Below, piece by piece: positions 51,381 through 64,000 of a DNA stretch of 64,000 nucleotides; positions within the stretch are counted from its first letter, which is position 1; each line of letters opens with the position of its first letter. This stretch comes from Phoronis australis (taxonomy: Eukaryota > Animalia > Phoronida): positions 372,618 through 436,617 of the forward strand of contig NMRA01000378.1 of NCBI GenBank assembly GCA_002633005.1, read 5' to 3'. Both the position numbers and the translations under genes were made by a program. The notes beneath the pieces are model-generated. The model had not been told where the DNA came from, searched no databases, and saw only the letters and a list, made by a program, of their open reading frames with translations.

Positions 51381-54300
51381 AAGTTTGATTTTATTTATTT
51401 AAGTACTTTAACTTCTACGATCTACGGTTTGTGAAATTAAACCCGCTAATCTACTGTATTTCCCTAAGTCAATAAAAAGTTTATTGCCATTTGAATTGTG
51501 AGAAAATTTAGGACACTTTGTAGAGCTATCCGATGATTCATTAATATCGTTGAGACTTCTTTCAGATAGACAAATCTAATTGTTTAGTGCACTTTTATAT
51601 TTGGGGATCTGATGATAGATCGAATTTCCCAATGTCTGCTTGCAACTAATTTCGTTGAAGCATTGTCATTTCTTACAAGATTAGCTTCTATTTAAAAAAA
51701 AAAATCATCGGCCAATCAGCTCATTTTTCTTGAAACATGCAATTCAGAAACCAGCAATAGAACCCATGTGTAATACATTTACCATGTTTTAATGACTTAA
51801 TTCATTTTTGATCCCCTGTTAGTGAGTTTAAACGACAAATCTTGTAACAAAGTAAAAAAAAACAATGCATTTATTGTCATTTGAATTGCAAATTTTTGGG
51901 AATTGTCCCAATTCCATCAATGTCTTTGAGAGTTTAGGCAAGAAGCGTCCAAGTGCACTTTACTATTTTGGCATATTCAGGCTTCAACTAAATTCACTGA
52001 AACATAGTCATTTTTTAAAATATTAGCTTCTAATTGCCAAAAATCATCTACGATTCTATCGATTTTCGTAGATACATAAACAAGTAAATCTGAAACCAGC
52101 GAATCTGTTTATCAAAACAGAAAGTAATAAGCAATTTCCGCGTGCTTGTTCACAGAGTTTTAACGGGTAGCCAAGGGAACATGGGAGATGAGACATTCGT
52201 ATTAAGACGTATTTTTGCGCATTGCTGAGGTATCTATAACGGTTCACGAGGTAAACTTGAACTCCACTGACAAAAAACCGCTGAAACCTGTGTTTATGAT
52301 TGCCAGAGTTCTTTGAGTACCTCCCATTCGACATGTGCACGGTCATCACAAATAGTAGACTAGACAGCAGTGTCTTCCACGTGTGGGAATTCCTCACAAA
52401 CAACTCACAGTAACAATCTTCAAACGAAATACTATCCTTGTGATATTTTGGGAAACGGTAACACTATTTTGTAACTAACCATCGGAAGTAGTCCTTTTGT
52501 GTAATTCACAAACAGTGGTCTTCACGTTCCTCAAAATTCCAATCCTTTCGATGGCAAACAATCCTATCCTATCTTTTTGCATTTTTTGGTTCAAATGTCT
52601 TGATCCTGATGTGCTGTACACGATTTTTTTGTTTTTTTATGAGTTTGGGATATCAACTTCCCTCGTGAATACTTGGCATTGTCTTATTTATATGTACTGT
52701 ATGGAGGGACAAAGGGACATTTCCCCCAACTGCTCGACCGAGAGAGGGCGCCGTCTGAAATGGACACCTTAAGATTATAGGATAAACATCATAAAACTTG
52801 GAAAAAAGGGACAGTTCATTTCATCGTCGTGCGGTCCCAAAACGATACAGGAGGTGACCTCCTTCAACATGAAAGCTGGTCGCACGATTTCACAAAAAGA
52901 CAGGAAAATAGACTCAAGTAATCTATTTCAACATTGGGCACTCTCTGCGTGAGCGTCACTTTAAGAATTTGTCAATAAAAGCACAAAAATGGTGGCCAGT
53001 TGAATGTCATTAAAGTCCTCCTTGAAGGGCGGGGCCCCTAATTATGAAAATATCTATATTTTCAATAATCAAGAAATTCGCAGCAATTGATGTTATCTGT
53101 CAGATCATCAATTTTTCTACAGTGATATACATTTTCGAGAAAACAAAATAAAAGGAATATCTCCGTTATCCCTTGTCGCAGAGGTGCCTTTGGAAAAATA
53201 TACTTTTGCATTCGTAAAACTGACATACTGAATTTAAAAATCCGGTAAATTAATACGCTCCGCAAAAGCTTCGCTTTAAAATTTTTCTCGAATTTTCAAA
53301 ATATATGTGTGATTGCTTCGGTGCAAGTTTTCAAGTGCGTTTAGACGACCTACGTTGCAAAAGCGGAGACCCTAACAACAATGTCCTGGCCAGGGTCCTT
53401 AAATGGTAAACAATGCACTGATACAGAGTTGTTGAATGTTCTCTTAGAATTTTCTCTCTTATACATGTACGTATTTCGCAGTCTTTCTTTCCTCGACTGT
53501 CCTCGACCCAACGCTTATGTCCGTTGCCACTGCTTAACCTTGATGCCCGAAAATGTTTTTACAAAAGGCGGAGAATTACGCTAGAAAATGACATTTTGCA
53601 TGCATCCCGCTGGTCCTTAGCTGTACATGTTGATGCACGTTTCACGGCGAGCTCACAAGCACAACTACCCTGGCCGTGTGTACATGTAATTTCGAAGTCT
53701 GATGGCACTGAACACCAGGGAAACCTACCTGTGTTTTGACGACATCTTTATGAGCTAGCTGTCTGGCTAGAATTTTGTTTCAGTAGCAGAGAACCACTTT
53801 GAATTACGCAATCTGTTTTTACTTTCTACGCCACTTTAATTGATGATCATATTGCTGTTGGAGTATCGTCACGTATACGGTACACCTGCACTTTTAACTA
53901 CATAATTTCAATTTATTACCCTGAGCAGTTGTGCCGGCACGGGCCTTAAGGTTATACATGTATGACACATTATATTCTGATCGCAGTCTTGTTTGTCAAC
54001 CGTCCCGTACACGGTACACGTGTACGTATAAGTGCACAAATTACATTTTATTACAAGTTTGGTTGCAGGTTTTTTGACACTTTGACTAATGATCGCAATG
54101 TTGTACCGTCAAGTGTTCGGTACACGTGTACGCGAAGCCTTGACATTATCAAGTAGGGTTGATTTTGATGATTTTATTAAGAAGGATTTAATGATATGAT
54201 AAATGTATAATGGTGTAACACTGAATTCTTAACCACGCAAATAAATAAAGGAGTATTTTTAAAAGTTACCTCAAGTCATATGTTAGTAAACATTTCATGT

Positions 54301-56551
54301 ACACTTACAGAGCAAACATGGCGAAACTAAGGGCTACGTCTTTGTCGTGATTTTAAATCTCAAAATGCCTTGTTGAAGACCTCTCCTAACAAAAGTCATA
54401 TAGTTTGATAAGTTGTCGAAAAAGTGGCTAAATATTTTCGATCATCATCTCAGTTACGTGAATGTTTACCCGATAATTCTTATTAAGCAAACATTGTTGC
54501 GACAAATTGCTGTTAGAAATCGGTAAGGACCAACAGATGGAACCTTTTACTAAATTCTATTAAAAGAATATTGTCACGTGACCCAATTACCAAACATCGG
54601 TACAAAGTCAAATATAAATACAAAACGTACCGAGAGTGGCGTACATGAAGTAGTATCCCACGAGACATTATTCCGCGTATCGACCGAGATCGAATTTTGT
54701 ATTTATCCCATATGCTTCGAATTCCTAATTTTCTTACATTTTTTCGGCAGATTTTTTAAATACTTGACCCAGACTGTTCACATGGCGGATCACATCCTAT
54801 ATGTATGTACTTGCGCGTTAGGTTGCAAGTTTTTTCTTGTAAAAGAAACATATTTAAAAGTAATGATTTGTTTCTTGAAAAGAGGTAACAGCGATGAAAA
54901 CAACGGCAACTGTGCAGTGAACTTGTAACATCTGGAAAGAGTTAAAAAACAACAATATCTGATATTGTAATTTCCTAGGAATCGGCGCCTGAGTTGCAGA
55001 CGATATAGTATTCAGCAATTGAAAAGTGAGACATAAATGTCTTATAATTAATAGTTTTGCTCCAGAATTTACTTTTAGGACCTGGTTGCATGTCGAGTGC
55101 TAGTTACCCTACTGCAACTGAATTTCTTTAAACTATATTCGAAAAGTTTGATGATCGAACCGGCTGAAGACGTCGAGTCGACATTGACCTACCTTTTGAA
55201 CTTTCCGTATGTCAGAGGTCAGTGTTGAAGTAGTGCGGGAGGTGAATACGGAAAACTTTAATACATGGCCGTATTTTCCTCGACAGATTTAACGAGTATG
55301 GAATAACAAAATTCGTGGCCTTTCTATGTTCAGAAAATAAATGTTTTCACCATGTTACAGTCATAGATTTGTAAATATTTGCTAAATACAATGCTCTGTT
55401 CATTACATATAGGTCCCACATTAACCTAAAAGTTGTAAGTTAAGCTCGATAAACTCAGCGTGGGTCTATGCTAGGAAATAGCTTCCAGCTATTTGAAGCC
55501 AACTAACGTCTTTGTCTGGTGTTGAAGCTCATTGATGTAAAAATTTTCCGTCCTGGACGGAATCTGCTTGAGACACTAGCAGAAATGCGGCCGAGTAAAA
55601 CCAAAGTGATCGTCTTGACCACCCTGATGGTCGAGTATGATGGACCTGGCTGAAGTCTCAACCAAGCTATTCTCTGAAAAATGTGGAAAGCGCTTGCACT
55701 TAGTTCGAAAAAAATCATTATCGTGACTAATGCATTCGCAAATTATAAACTTTTTGAAATGAACTGGTTATGCAAGCCAGTCCAGCATTAAGAATGAAAA
55801 TATTTCAATTTCTGCTCAATAATGTTTAAGTCATCAGCCCGAATTAGACGTCAAAGCGGCTGTGACGTGTCTTCTATTATCTGGATTTCGGTGATTATTC
55901 CGGCCGACAAGAACACCTACTATAGACTCTCCGAAATTCAACCTTAAAAATTTCACTGAAAAAAAGGTTCTTATACACATTTCAAAATTGGCAGAATCTT
56001 CGATAAATCAAAAATTTCCCCGAGATTTTCCGAAACAGATTTATAATACAAAATAAGAATCACCCAACTCGCTTGCACCTAACGGACTGTAAGGTGCATA
56101 GAATATGAATAGCCACAACACACAACGCGCCCTCTGAATGACAGGTCGTTTTATTCTTGCCGCTTCAAAGCATAAACCACTATAAATAAATGATAGGTTT
56201 ATACGCTTTCCAAAATAAACGAGGTCAGATAAAATCTTTATTTTCAATAGATAGCCAATTTTGTATCAGTAATTACCACAAACTTTCCTACTCTTGATGC
56301 AGTTTGAACCAGCTTGTAATTACTTATTTATTTCGGTGCGCCAAGTTTTCCACACGACGAACCCAATAAAGCTACCTCTGAACATGGCCAACTTACTTGT
56401 ACAGTACATGTACATGTATATACTGCAGCTTATGCTGTAGTCCCACACATGAACGATTTGCAGCTAAGCGCATACGTTTGACAATACAGCATGTAGGTGG
56501 GTTTTCGCTTGGGTAACAGGCTTGAACCAAAGGCAAACTTTACGAAAAACA

Positions 56552-56747
56552 TGACGTCATGGAAATGATCAGTCATTCAAGACAAGAATATGATGCATGA
56601 TTGGTTAAACAATGCATTACCCAGACTAGAAGTGATGTTCCAAACATCCACCAATCAAAAGGTGGAGGAGGGTCTTAAAGGGCTATAAAAACGAGCATAG
56701 TTTAAGGATTGCTCCATACTGCATACACAACACTGGTGATTAAGCAG
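56552..56747 (+). promoter_or_regulatory. Promoter and non-coding exon 1 of secreted-peptide gene 2
   Basis: CRE TGACGTCA at 56552, ATTGG at 56600, CCAAT at 56651, TATAAAA at 56684, consensus CAG|gtaagt donor at 56748. Confidence 0.75.
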
Positions 56748-57510
56748 GTAAGTAATTTAATGTTCACTGCGTACGGCTGCATAGTTTTAGGCTAGTCAAT
56801 AACTCTACCAGTTCGTTAAAACTCGTTAGAAAGGACGAAGGTCCCATTAGGAGGCAAATCGTTTCTCAAAGTAATTAGACGACGCTTTGTAACGCAGTGA
56901 ATATAAAAAAGCCGTTCAATAGGGTGTCGCGTACTGGTCATGCAACAATTCGCTTGTCTTTATCAAAACGAAGAATTTGTTTTGTAAAATGTGAAAACCT
57001 GCGATTCTGCATTAAATATTAGTACATGTATACATGTGTACGTGTCAGCTCATTGCACCAACACACCATGTAAAACAAATATCGTAAAACTATACTGTAG
57101 ACAAAGAGGAGCTGTGTTGGAGCAAAACAAAACAGGCTCGGGGGCTTTACTTTTTATTGTCACCAGTATGAATTCAAAATCTGCAATTCACAACATGGAG
57201 TTTAAGGTAATTCGCAGAGACGCGTGAAGATACTTGATTCTTTAACGGTTCTTAGCAATGGGTCCAACCATGAGGCCTGCGCACATCTGATGCACCGAAA
57301 ATGACATCAGGCCGCCTGCACTGTTCTTTTAGAAACCTAGGGGACACAGTGTATGCAGATAACACGGAAGGGTAATTGTTATATAGATGAGAGAAAGATT
57401 TACTAAGGCTTATTCACAGTTTGTTCTCATATACATGTGCTTATTTCTCCTTTTATATACTTGTATCTCCGCAACTTGGTCCGACACTGTATTTCAGAAA
57501 ACTAGAAGTC

Positions 57511-57592
57511 ATGAAGTGCATCGTAGTATTCATTGTGTTGATGCTGGCTGTGGGCTGCCTCCAGGCGCTGCCGGTAGATGGCGGAGACGGAG
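57511..57592 (+). CDS. Secreted peptide gene 2, signal-peptide exon: MKCIVVFIVLMLAVGCLQA|LPVDGGDG(G)
   Basis: atttcag acceptor (exon starts 57498), gtgaga phase-1 donor; paralog of 24323-24404; downstream exons not found in the window. Confidence 0.85.
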
Positions 57593-58186
57593 GTGAGAAC
57601 AAAAACTGTCAGTGCCCTGGGCCATGTTCCCCAAGTGTTTCGCAATAAATTGAAAGTGATCACGTGCAGTCCTTGTACCGTCTGGCGATATCTTGCGAAG
57701 TTTTGCGTTTTCGTGAGTTTGTTACGTCTGCAGAACGTGAGTCTGGTCGATCATCCGACGTGGAAAAAAATTGGTAACACTTCAAATTTAAAACTGCGTT
57801 TCGTTTTACGGTATAGTTGGCTAAAAATTGAATTAGGACTTTCATTCTTGTCAAGCCGGTCTCAGAATATTTCTTACCGCGTTGGAAATTTATTTCCGCT
57901 ACCAACGAGAATATCGAAACAAATCAACCACTCAAAACGTTTCCGAGATTATTGGGGTTTGGAAACCTTGAAAATGCGGTTTCGAAAACGATGCATGTAT
58001 GCATTGATGGTGATTTGAGTTCACAATCCAAGATAAGACGAGCGTGGTCTTGTTTCAAAACACCAAAACGTTTCTGATAATAGGACGACAATGACAGCTT
58101 AACAGCAGTGAAATGAAGCTTTCTAAAGCATTTCTTGGAAGAGAAAGTTTAAAGTCTTTTTTACATGTACATGCAGTGCTTGACCC

Positions 58187-59650
58187 TACGGTGGCTGTAA
58201 AAGGACGGCACAACAACTTTTTTCTCCGTTGCTAACTCTATCGATAGACTTACTATCTCTATCGATACACTTACTATTTCTATTGATAGACTTACTAACT
58301 CTATCGATAGATTTACTAACTCTATCGATGGACTTACTGTCTTCATCAAGAGACTCACTAACTCCATCGATACACTTATTAACTCTGTCGATAGGGCTAA
58401 TATCTCTATTGATAGGTATACTAACTCTATCGATAGACTTACTATCGTTCACGATAGATTTACTATCTCTGTCGGTAGACTTATCAATTGTATCGATAGA
58501 CTTAATTACTCTATCGATAGACTTACTATCTCCATCAACAGACTTACTAACTCTATCGATAGACTTATTAACTCTGTCGATAGTGTTAATATTTCTATTG
58601 ATAGGTTTACTAACTCTATCGAATGACTTATTATCTCTATTGATAGACTTACTAACTCTATCGATAGACTTACTTACTCTATTGGTGGACTAACTAACTC
58701 TATCGATAGACTTACTTACTCTATTGGTGGACTAACTAACTCTATCGATAGACTTTCTATCTCTATCGATACACTTACATGTACAAGCTCTATAGACAGA
58801 TCTACTATCTCTATCGATAGACTTAGTAACTCTATCGATAGACTTAGTATCTCTATTGGTAGACTTACTAACTGTAACGAGAGACTTACTAACTTCATCT
58901 ATAGACTTAGTATCTCTATGAATAGACTTACAACTCTATCGATAGACTTATCATCTCTATAGACATTCTTACTATCTCTGTTAATAGGCTTACTTACTCA
59001 AAAGATAGACTTACTATCTCTATTAATAGACTTACTAACTCTATCGATAGAGTTACTAACTCCATCGATAGACTTACTATCGCTGTCGATCGACTTTCTA
59101 TCTCTATCGATAGACTTATTAACTCTACCGATAGACTTAGTAACTCTAGTAACTCTATCGCTAGAGTTACGATATCGAGGTTGCTGCCTCAGTTTCAAAT
59201 TAAAATGGAGAACCGAAACAAGCATATTGTTGATTTGTGCAAGCTAGGACTGACTCAAAATGAAATAATAAAGGTACTCGTGCGTCGTTTTGGAGTGTCT
59301 TTAAGCACATGACAATTGCGACGTCGGCGCCGTAAAATATGTCTGATTTTGATGAAGTAGTTCATTTTGTTGAAGAACAAGTCTCGGGTTCAGGTCAGAT
59401 GCACGATTATAGGTTTATGCATCAGGAGTGCGTAGCAAATGGTGTAACTGTACCCCGAGATACACTTTGGCAGTTGTTAATTGTCATTGATCATTCTGAA
59501 GTTGAAGCCAGACGTAAACGGTTAATTCGGAGGAGGTATGGTGTCCGTCGCCCGAATGCCATTTGGCATATGGTCTTTTAAGACAAATTAAAGTCATATG
59601 GGATTTGTATTAATGACTGTTTTGAAGGTAATTCAAGATCCGTAATGTGA
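58187..59650 (+). mobile_element. Truncated IS3EU-type DNA transposon
   Basis: TACGGTGGC terminus; decayed transposase 59205-59650 (GSGQMHDYRFM...IDHSEVEARR..RRRY..PNAIWH..DKLKSYG). Confidence 0.8.
58230..59160. repeat. 21-bp degenerate satellite (ctatcgatagacttactaact) inside the IS3EU element
   Basis: 21-nt periodicity with a palindromic ctatcgatag core; gives the spurious LSIDLLT ORFs. Confidence 0.95.
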
Positions 59651-62039
59651 GTGGATTCCCCAGGCCCGTAGCCAGGGGGGTGGGCGGTTCGAGGGGTTCG
59701 AACGAATCCCTCCCCGCGGAAAAAGTCCAGCCCCAGCCTATCCGTTAAAGATATGATACAGATGCCAACAACAAAACAGCTGCAGCTATTGGTACTAATA
59801 ACTACAATGTTAACTAAGTTCGTAATAATTTTGAACTTGCTTCTGGTTCAAAGCGCTTCAAGTAATCATCGGGCAGTACCCGGCCAGCTTCGCCCGAGTG
59901 GTATTTGCATAGATGACTGGATCGTGCATACGATTAGAGGACTCCTCCGAGGCTTTATGTTACTCATGGGCATTGAACACGAGTGGTGGTTACACTGTAG
60001 GCAAACAAGGGGATAAAGAAGTAGATGTGTACACCTAGCTAATGGTATATAGCAGCGAGAGAGCTCCCAAAAAGTCACAGTGAGGTGTGAATGCCTTAAA
60101 ATCGAACAAGAAACAAAACAACACAACATAGGTTTGTCATCTACATGTAATATTTATTGCTAGCATAGTACGGTAAAGGGCAGGCGTTTTCAAATTCCGA
60201 ATCAGAAGTGTTCGCCAAATACAGGTACATTTTCATATAGTGTCGAATTCGATTGTGGATTGGCGGACTCACATGCATGCGAGTACACGTGTGTGCGTTT
60301 CCGTTCTTTTAAATTCAGTAGAAAGCGACGGTAAGTTAACAAAAGGCAGCCCTCAGTCGTTGCTCAGAATTTAACTACAACCGTGTTTGATTGCTCTGAG
60401 AAAACGTTTACCGAAGAGCACGTTCACATTTTTGAGGGAAAGCAGGTCTAGACACAATAAAGACTTTGTTCCGGCAATGGTGATAGACTTCTCTTGTGAA
60501 AAGTGTCAGTGGAGCACAGCCTCACAGAGTTCATACGAGCAACTGACTTAATGGAAAAGATTCCCTAGGTTAGATGCCACAATTCGGAAGGTTCGCTACT
60601 CCGAGGTGTCGCCATCTTCGAAAGTTTACTCAGTATTTCGAATGTCCACAATTCCAAAACCCGAACTCAGACAGTTACTTTTTCTCAAATATAAGCACAG
60701 CCCCAGGAGTCGCTTTCGCATTATATCCAGGTTCTAATTCACACCCTTGCACGGACATGTATTCATTAGTAAGAAAGAGATAGAGAAGTTGAAGACACAT
60801 ATGTGCAATGCTCGATTGGCTGTCAGTGAAGCCATGATTCGAACTCGATCGGGTCGCTCTAGAACAGGAGTCCCGAACTCAAACCACTGAGTCACACAGT
60901 TCATTAGTCTGATTGTCTGCTAATGAGGTCGTAACAAACATGAATAAATTACCGTATTTGTGACCATTTAGTAACCATCAAAGGGTGTGCAAAAGTTCAC
61001 GAGCTCTAAATACATATGGACTTCATTGTTTACACATGAGCTCGGTTCCAATCACTGCCAATCGTGATTCTTGAATCTATATAACAAATCATTGTCAGTT
61101 AGGGGCAACATCTGAGGCATGGATCCGTTCTGCGGCGACCAACGGTTTTATAATATAGAAGACTGAATTGGGCTCACTGACTATGCGAAGACTGGCAGGG
61201 GCATGGTAACCTGCTACAGTAACTACATTAATTTCGACCCCCCGTGTGCATGGTTCCGGTGGGTGAAGTTCAGGCGTAGCGGTCCTAAGCTTTTCAGCCC
61301 CGCTGTGATATGATGCGACCTTGACATGCATTTGATGGATGTATCGTGGTTTATAATTCATCAATATTCCCATTCCATATTTTTTAAAATGCAATAACGT
61401 TAACACGCAAAAATATAACTAGATAAAAAAATTTCGTCGAGTCAATGTCCGACTGAATAATTCTGTCCAAGAAGGTGTAATCAGTCATTTAAACATGCCC
61501 GATTTGACAATTTGGCAGGAAGTAACGCGAGAACGTTTTGGACCACAATACATCCTAATTGAGTCCTGCTATTTTTGAGCAACCGCCATCTCACCCTCAT
61601 CTCTGGGTATTACTTTATTATAATTCCGTCTCATCTCAAAAACATAGAGCTGAGAGTCATTGTTGTGTACACAAATTTACTTCCCCTGATTAAGCTGCGT
61701 CAACTGAGGGTCTTAATGCAAGAAATTTCAACCACCCCCTGCGCAAAGTTTGATACGGGCCTGGGCTCGACCACAAGAGAAACAGTAACCAAAGGTTCAT
61801 TGCAAGCTTTTGTGTATTGGCCGTTCGTAATTATGAAGGCTGTCCAAAATGATTCGATTCGACCGTGGAACGGAAAATTCCCACCTGGCCCAGATGCAGT
61901 CCTACGTGAGGATGACAACGATGTGCTTGCGAACAAAACAGGTTTCTTTAGGGCCAAAGCACCGAATTGAATCGTGTGTTAGAAGATTTGAATGAGCTCT
62001 AAACAAAACTGCAGAAAAACATTACTGAAAAAACTGGAT

Positions 62040-62180
62040 TATTTCTTCTTCCTCGTCTTTGTATTTCTATTTTTATAGCATAACCTGTCGTACTTGGCTT
62101 TTTTGGCCACAAGGTCTCTATCACTGAATTTCATTTGCATATTCAGGTCTCCGGACTGAGCTGTGCGATGCAAATCCATC
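62040..62180 (-). mobile_element. Transposase fragment, Academ-like
   Basis: DLVAKKAKYDRLCY resembles the recalled DLxAxEAKYHxxC motif. Confidence 0.4.
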
Positions 62181-64000
62181 TGAAAAATGCAAACTGGTAT
62201 CACTGATTTAACATTCGAATACCAGGTTGTTGGTATGCACATTTTTCAGACAGACTTATCGGAAATTTATCAAAAACTAGCATAACAGATTAAGGAGCGG
62301 TCTGTCAGTGATCTGTCGCCTAAAAATTTTGACCGTATCCAATAAGATTAATTGATGCGACTGAAAATAAGTTCGCTGATGTACCAATGCAGAGATTGAA
62401 ATTTATTTTTTTAATCAGATGATCATACCATAGCCAATATGTTTACAGAACGTTTGACAAAATGGGCAGGGGCTTCCCCCGTCCTCAGATTACTACGGAG
62501 ACGCCGGCCAGTCGGGCATTTTAATTTAGGTACCATTGCAACTACCTAAGTAATTAATGTTTGCAAAAAATTCAGAAGAGGTTGCCCCTGTTCCAGAATT
62601 AGGGAGGGGGATGAGGTACACTTGCGCACGTTGATTTAACAGTTCATTCCAACATTTACTCTCTTTAACCTTCCCCAAAAACGCTTGATTTAAAGTGCTT
62701 AAAATCAGACCCGCAGTATAACGCCATACGATTATCCCCTGACGCAATCAGTGTAAAAATGGTCGATTTTCAATTTGGGCAATGACGAACTCTTTGAAAA
62801 ACAGGATTTCAGGAGTATTTGTTCAAGCTAGGAAGAAATAAAGAAATTAACGGCCCCCTAAGTCATCCTTCTAGTGCTCAAAAGGTACTTTCAATCTTAT
62901 AGCAACATGACTTCGATTGTTCAATCAGTGTGTTGCAAAATGTGCCGAAAAACGTCCGGCATATGGAGAACCTATGACATGGCCACCTTCTCTACTGGGC
63001 CAGTTGAGACAGCACTATTGTCTATGGCCTGAAACGTTGAGGGACTGAACAAGCTAAACAACTACTGGTGAAAATACTAAGCACACATGGAAAACACTAA
63101 GATGTACCCAATAAAAACACACAATCCTGTTTTATATTCAAAGCTATAGAAAGTTGCCTCTTTCTCTCTTTCTTGAAATATGACCCATAACATAGTTTTC
63201 CTGCTCGCAAATGATGCACTCATGTGTCAGAATGTATGAATTTCAGGTTAATTTGGTGCTTCATACTTAACAAATCTAAATGATTTTCATGAGAAATCTT
63301 GGGTAACAACTGTGTCACTTTCAGCAGCTTCAGCTTTATTACTACTGTTGATGTTTTGAAACGTTGCTATGCGTTTTTCTATGCCTTTTCAATTTTAGTT
63401 ATGACGCTTAGTCTTCTAGAGTAGTATAGCAGAACATGCTGCAGTGTATAAGCCAGTTGGGCAAAGCAACTGTTTTCCTGCACAAATGTTTGTGACACAT
63501 CGTTCTTTTTCGTTTGTTCTGATACACATAATCAATCAGCTTTTGTCAGGATGCTTCTCTAAGCTTCTTCAGGTTGTGGGTATTAAAATTTAGTGCTGTT
63601 TGAGAAACCTTGAATTATCCATGGGAGCTGCCATATTTAAGTTGCTGAGCACAACAATGCCACCAAGTGGCAGGAATGTGCGTAATATTTCTTGCAACAA
63701 AAACACCTTTTCTTAAAAAATGTGCAAGGGTAGACGTGGGAACTTTTTGGAATTTGAAATATAAGTGTATTTTGTAGTCACATAGGTTGCCCCCCAAACG
63801 TACTCGCAAGTCGAATGAATGCTATGAGATCTGGCCCACCGCCCAGACAGCCTGGCCTGCCGTGCAGGGACATCTGTGTTCCACAAGCAAGATGAACACA
63901 TTAATTAGCTACCCAGGCCTTGAATAAGTGAAATTCGTGTGACAAAGAGATTAAAAGATATTGCGTCATGCTCGTAATACCGCAATAATTTCTCGTCGTG

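Noticed and set aside
57593-57648. Cys-rich read-through peptide ENKNCQCPGPCSPSVSQ as a toxin
   Set aside because: Not conserved in gene 1; identity drops at a shared GT donor, so it is intronic
58161-59225. Leu/Ser/Ile/Asp-rich repetitive ORFs
   Set aside because: Translations of the 21-bp satellite on both strands

Overview
Animal (invertebrate-like, intron-rich, repeat-dense, heterozygous draft) genomic DNA with N-gaps at 9548-9796 and 13656-14175. The left 13 kb holds two conserved genes tail-to-tail. One is the last three exons of ATF6 (+). The other is an almost complete CUTA gene (-), with one expected exon missing, probably in the gap. The remaining ~50 kb is mostly transposon debris (non-LTR RT remnants, RTE, Penelope with hammerhead-like motifs, Kolobok, IS3EU, Tc1/mariner, MITEs, satellites). 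Within it lies a tandem pair of unrecognised small secreted-protein genes, each with a TATA promoter, a non-coding exon 1 and an 82-nt signal-peptide exon (24323 and 57511). Downstream of the first copy, a duplicated multi-kb intronic unit carries a 7-nt plus an 11-nt micro-exon. Together these keep only the phase-1 frame open (…DGEDD-GNCFGF-VNWFSF…), suggesting a micro-exon-built secreted peptide gene. All homology calls are by eye from recalled motifs; no searches were run.
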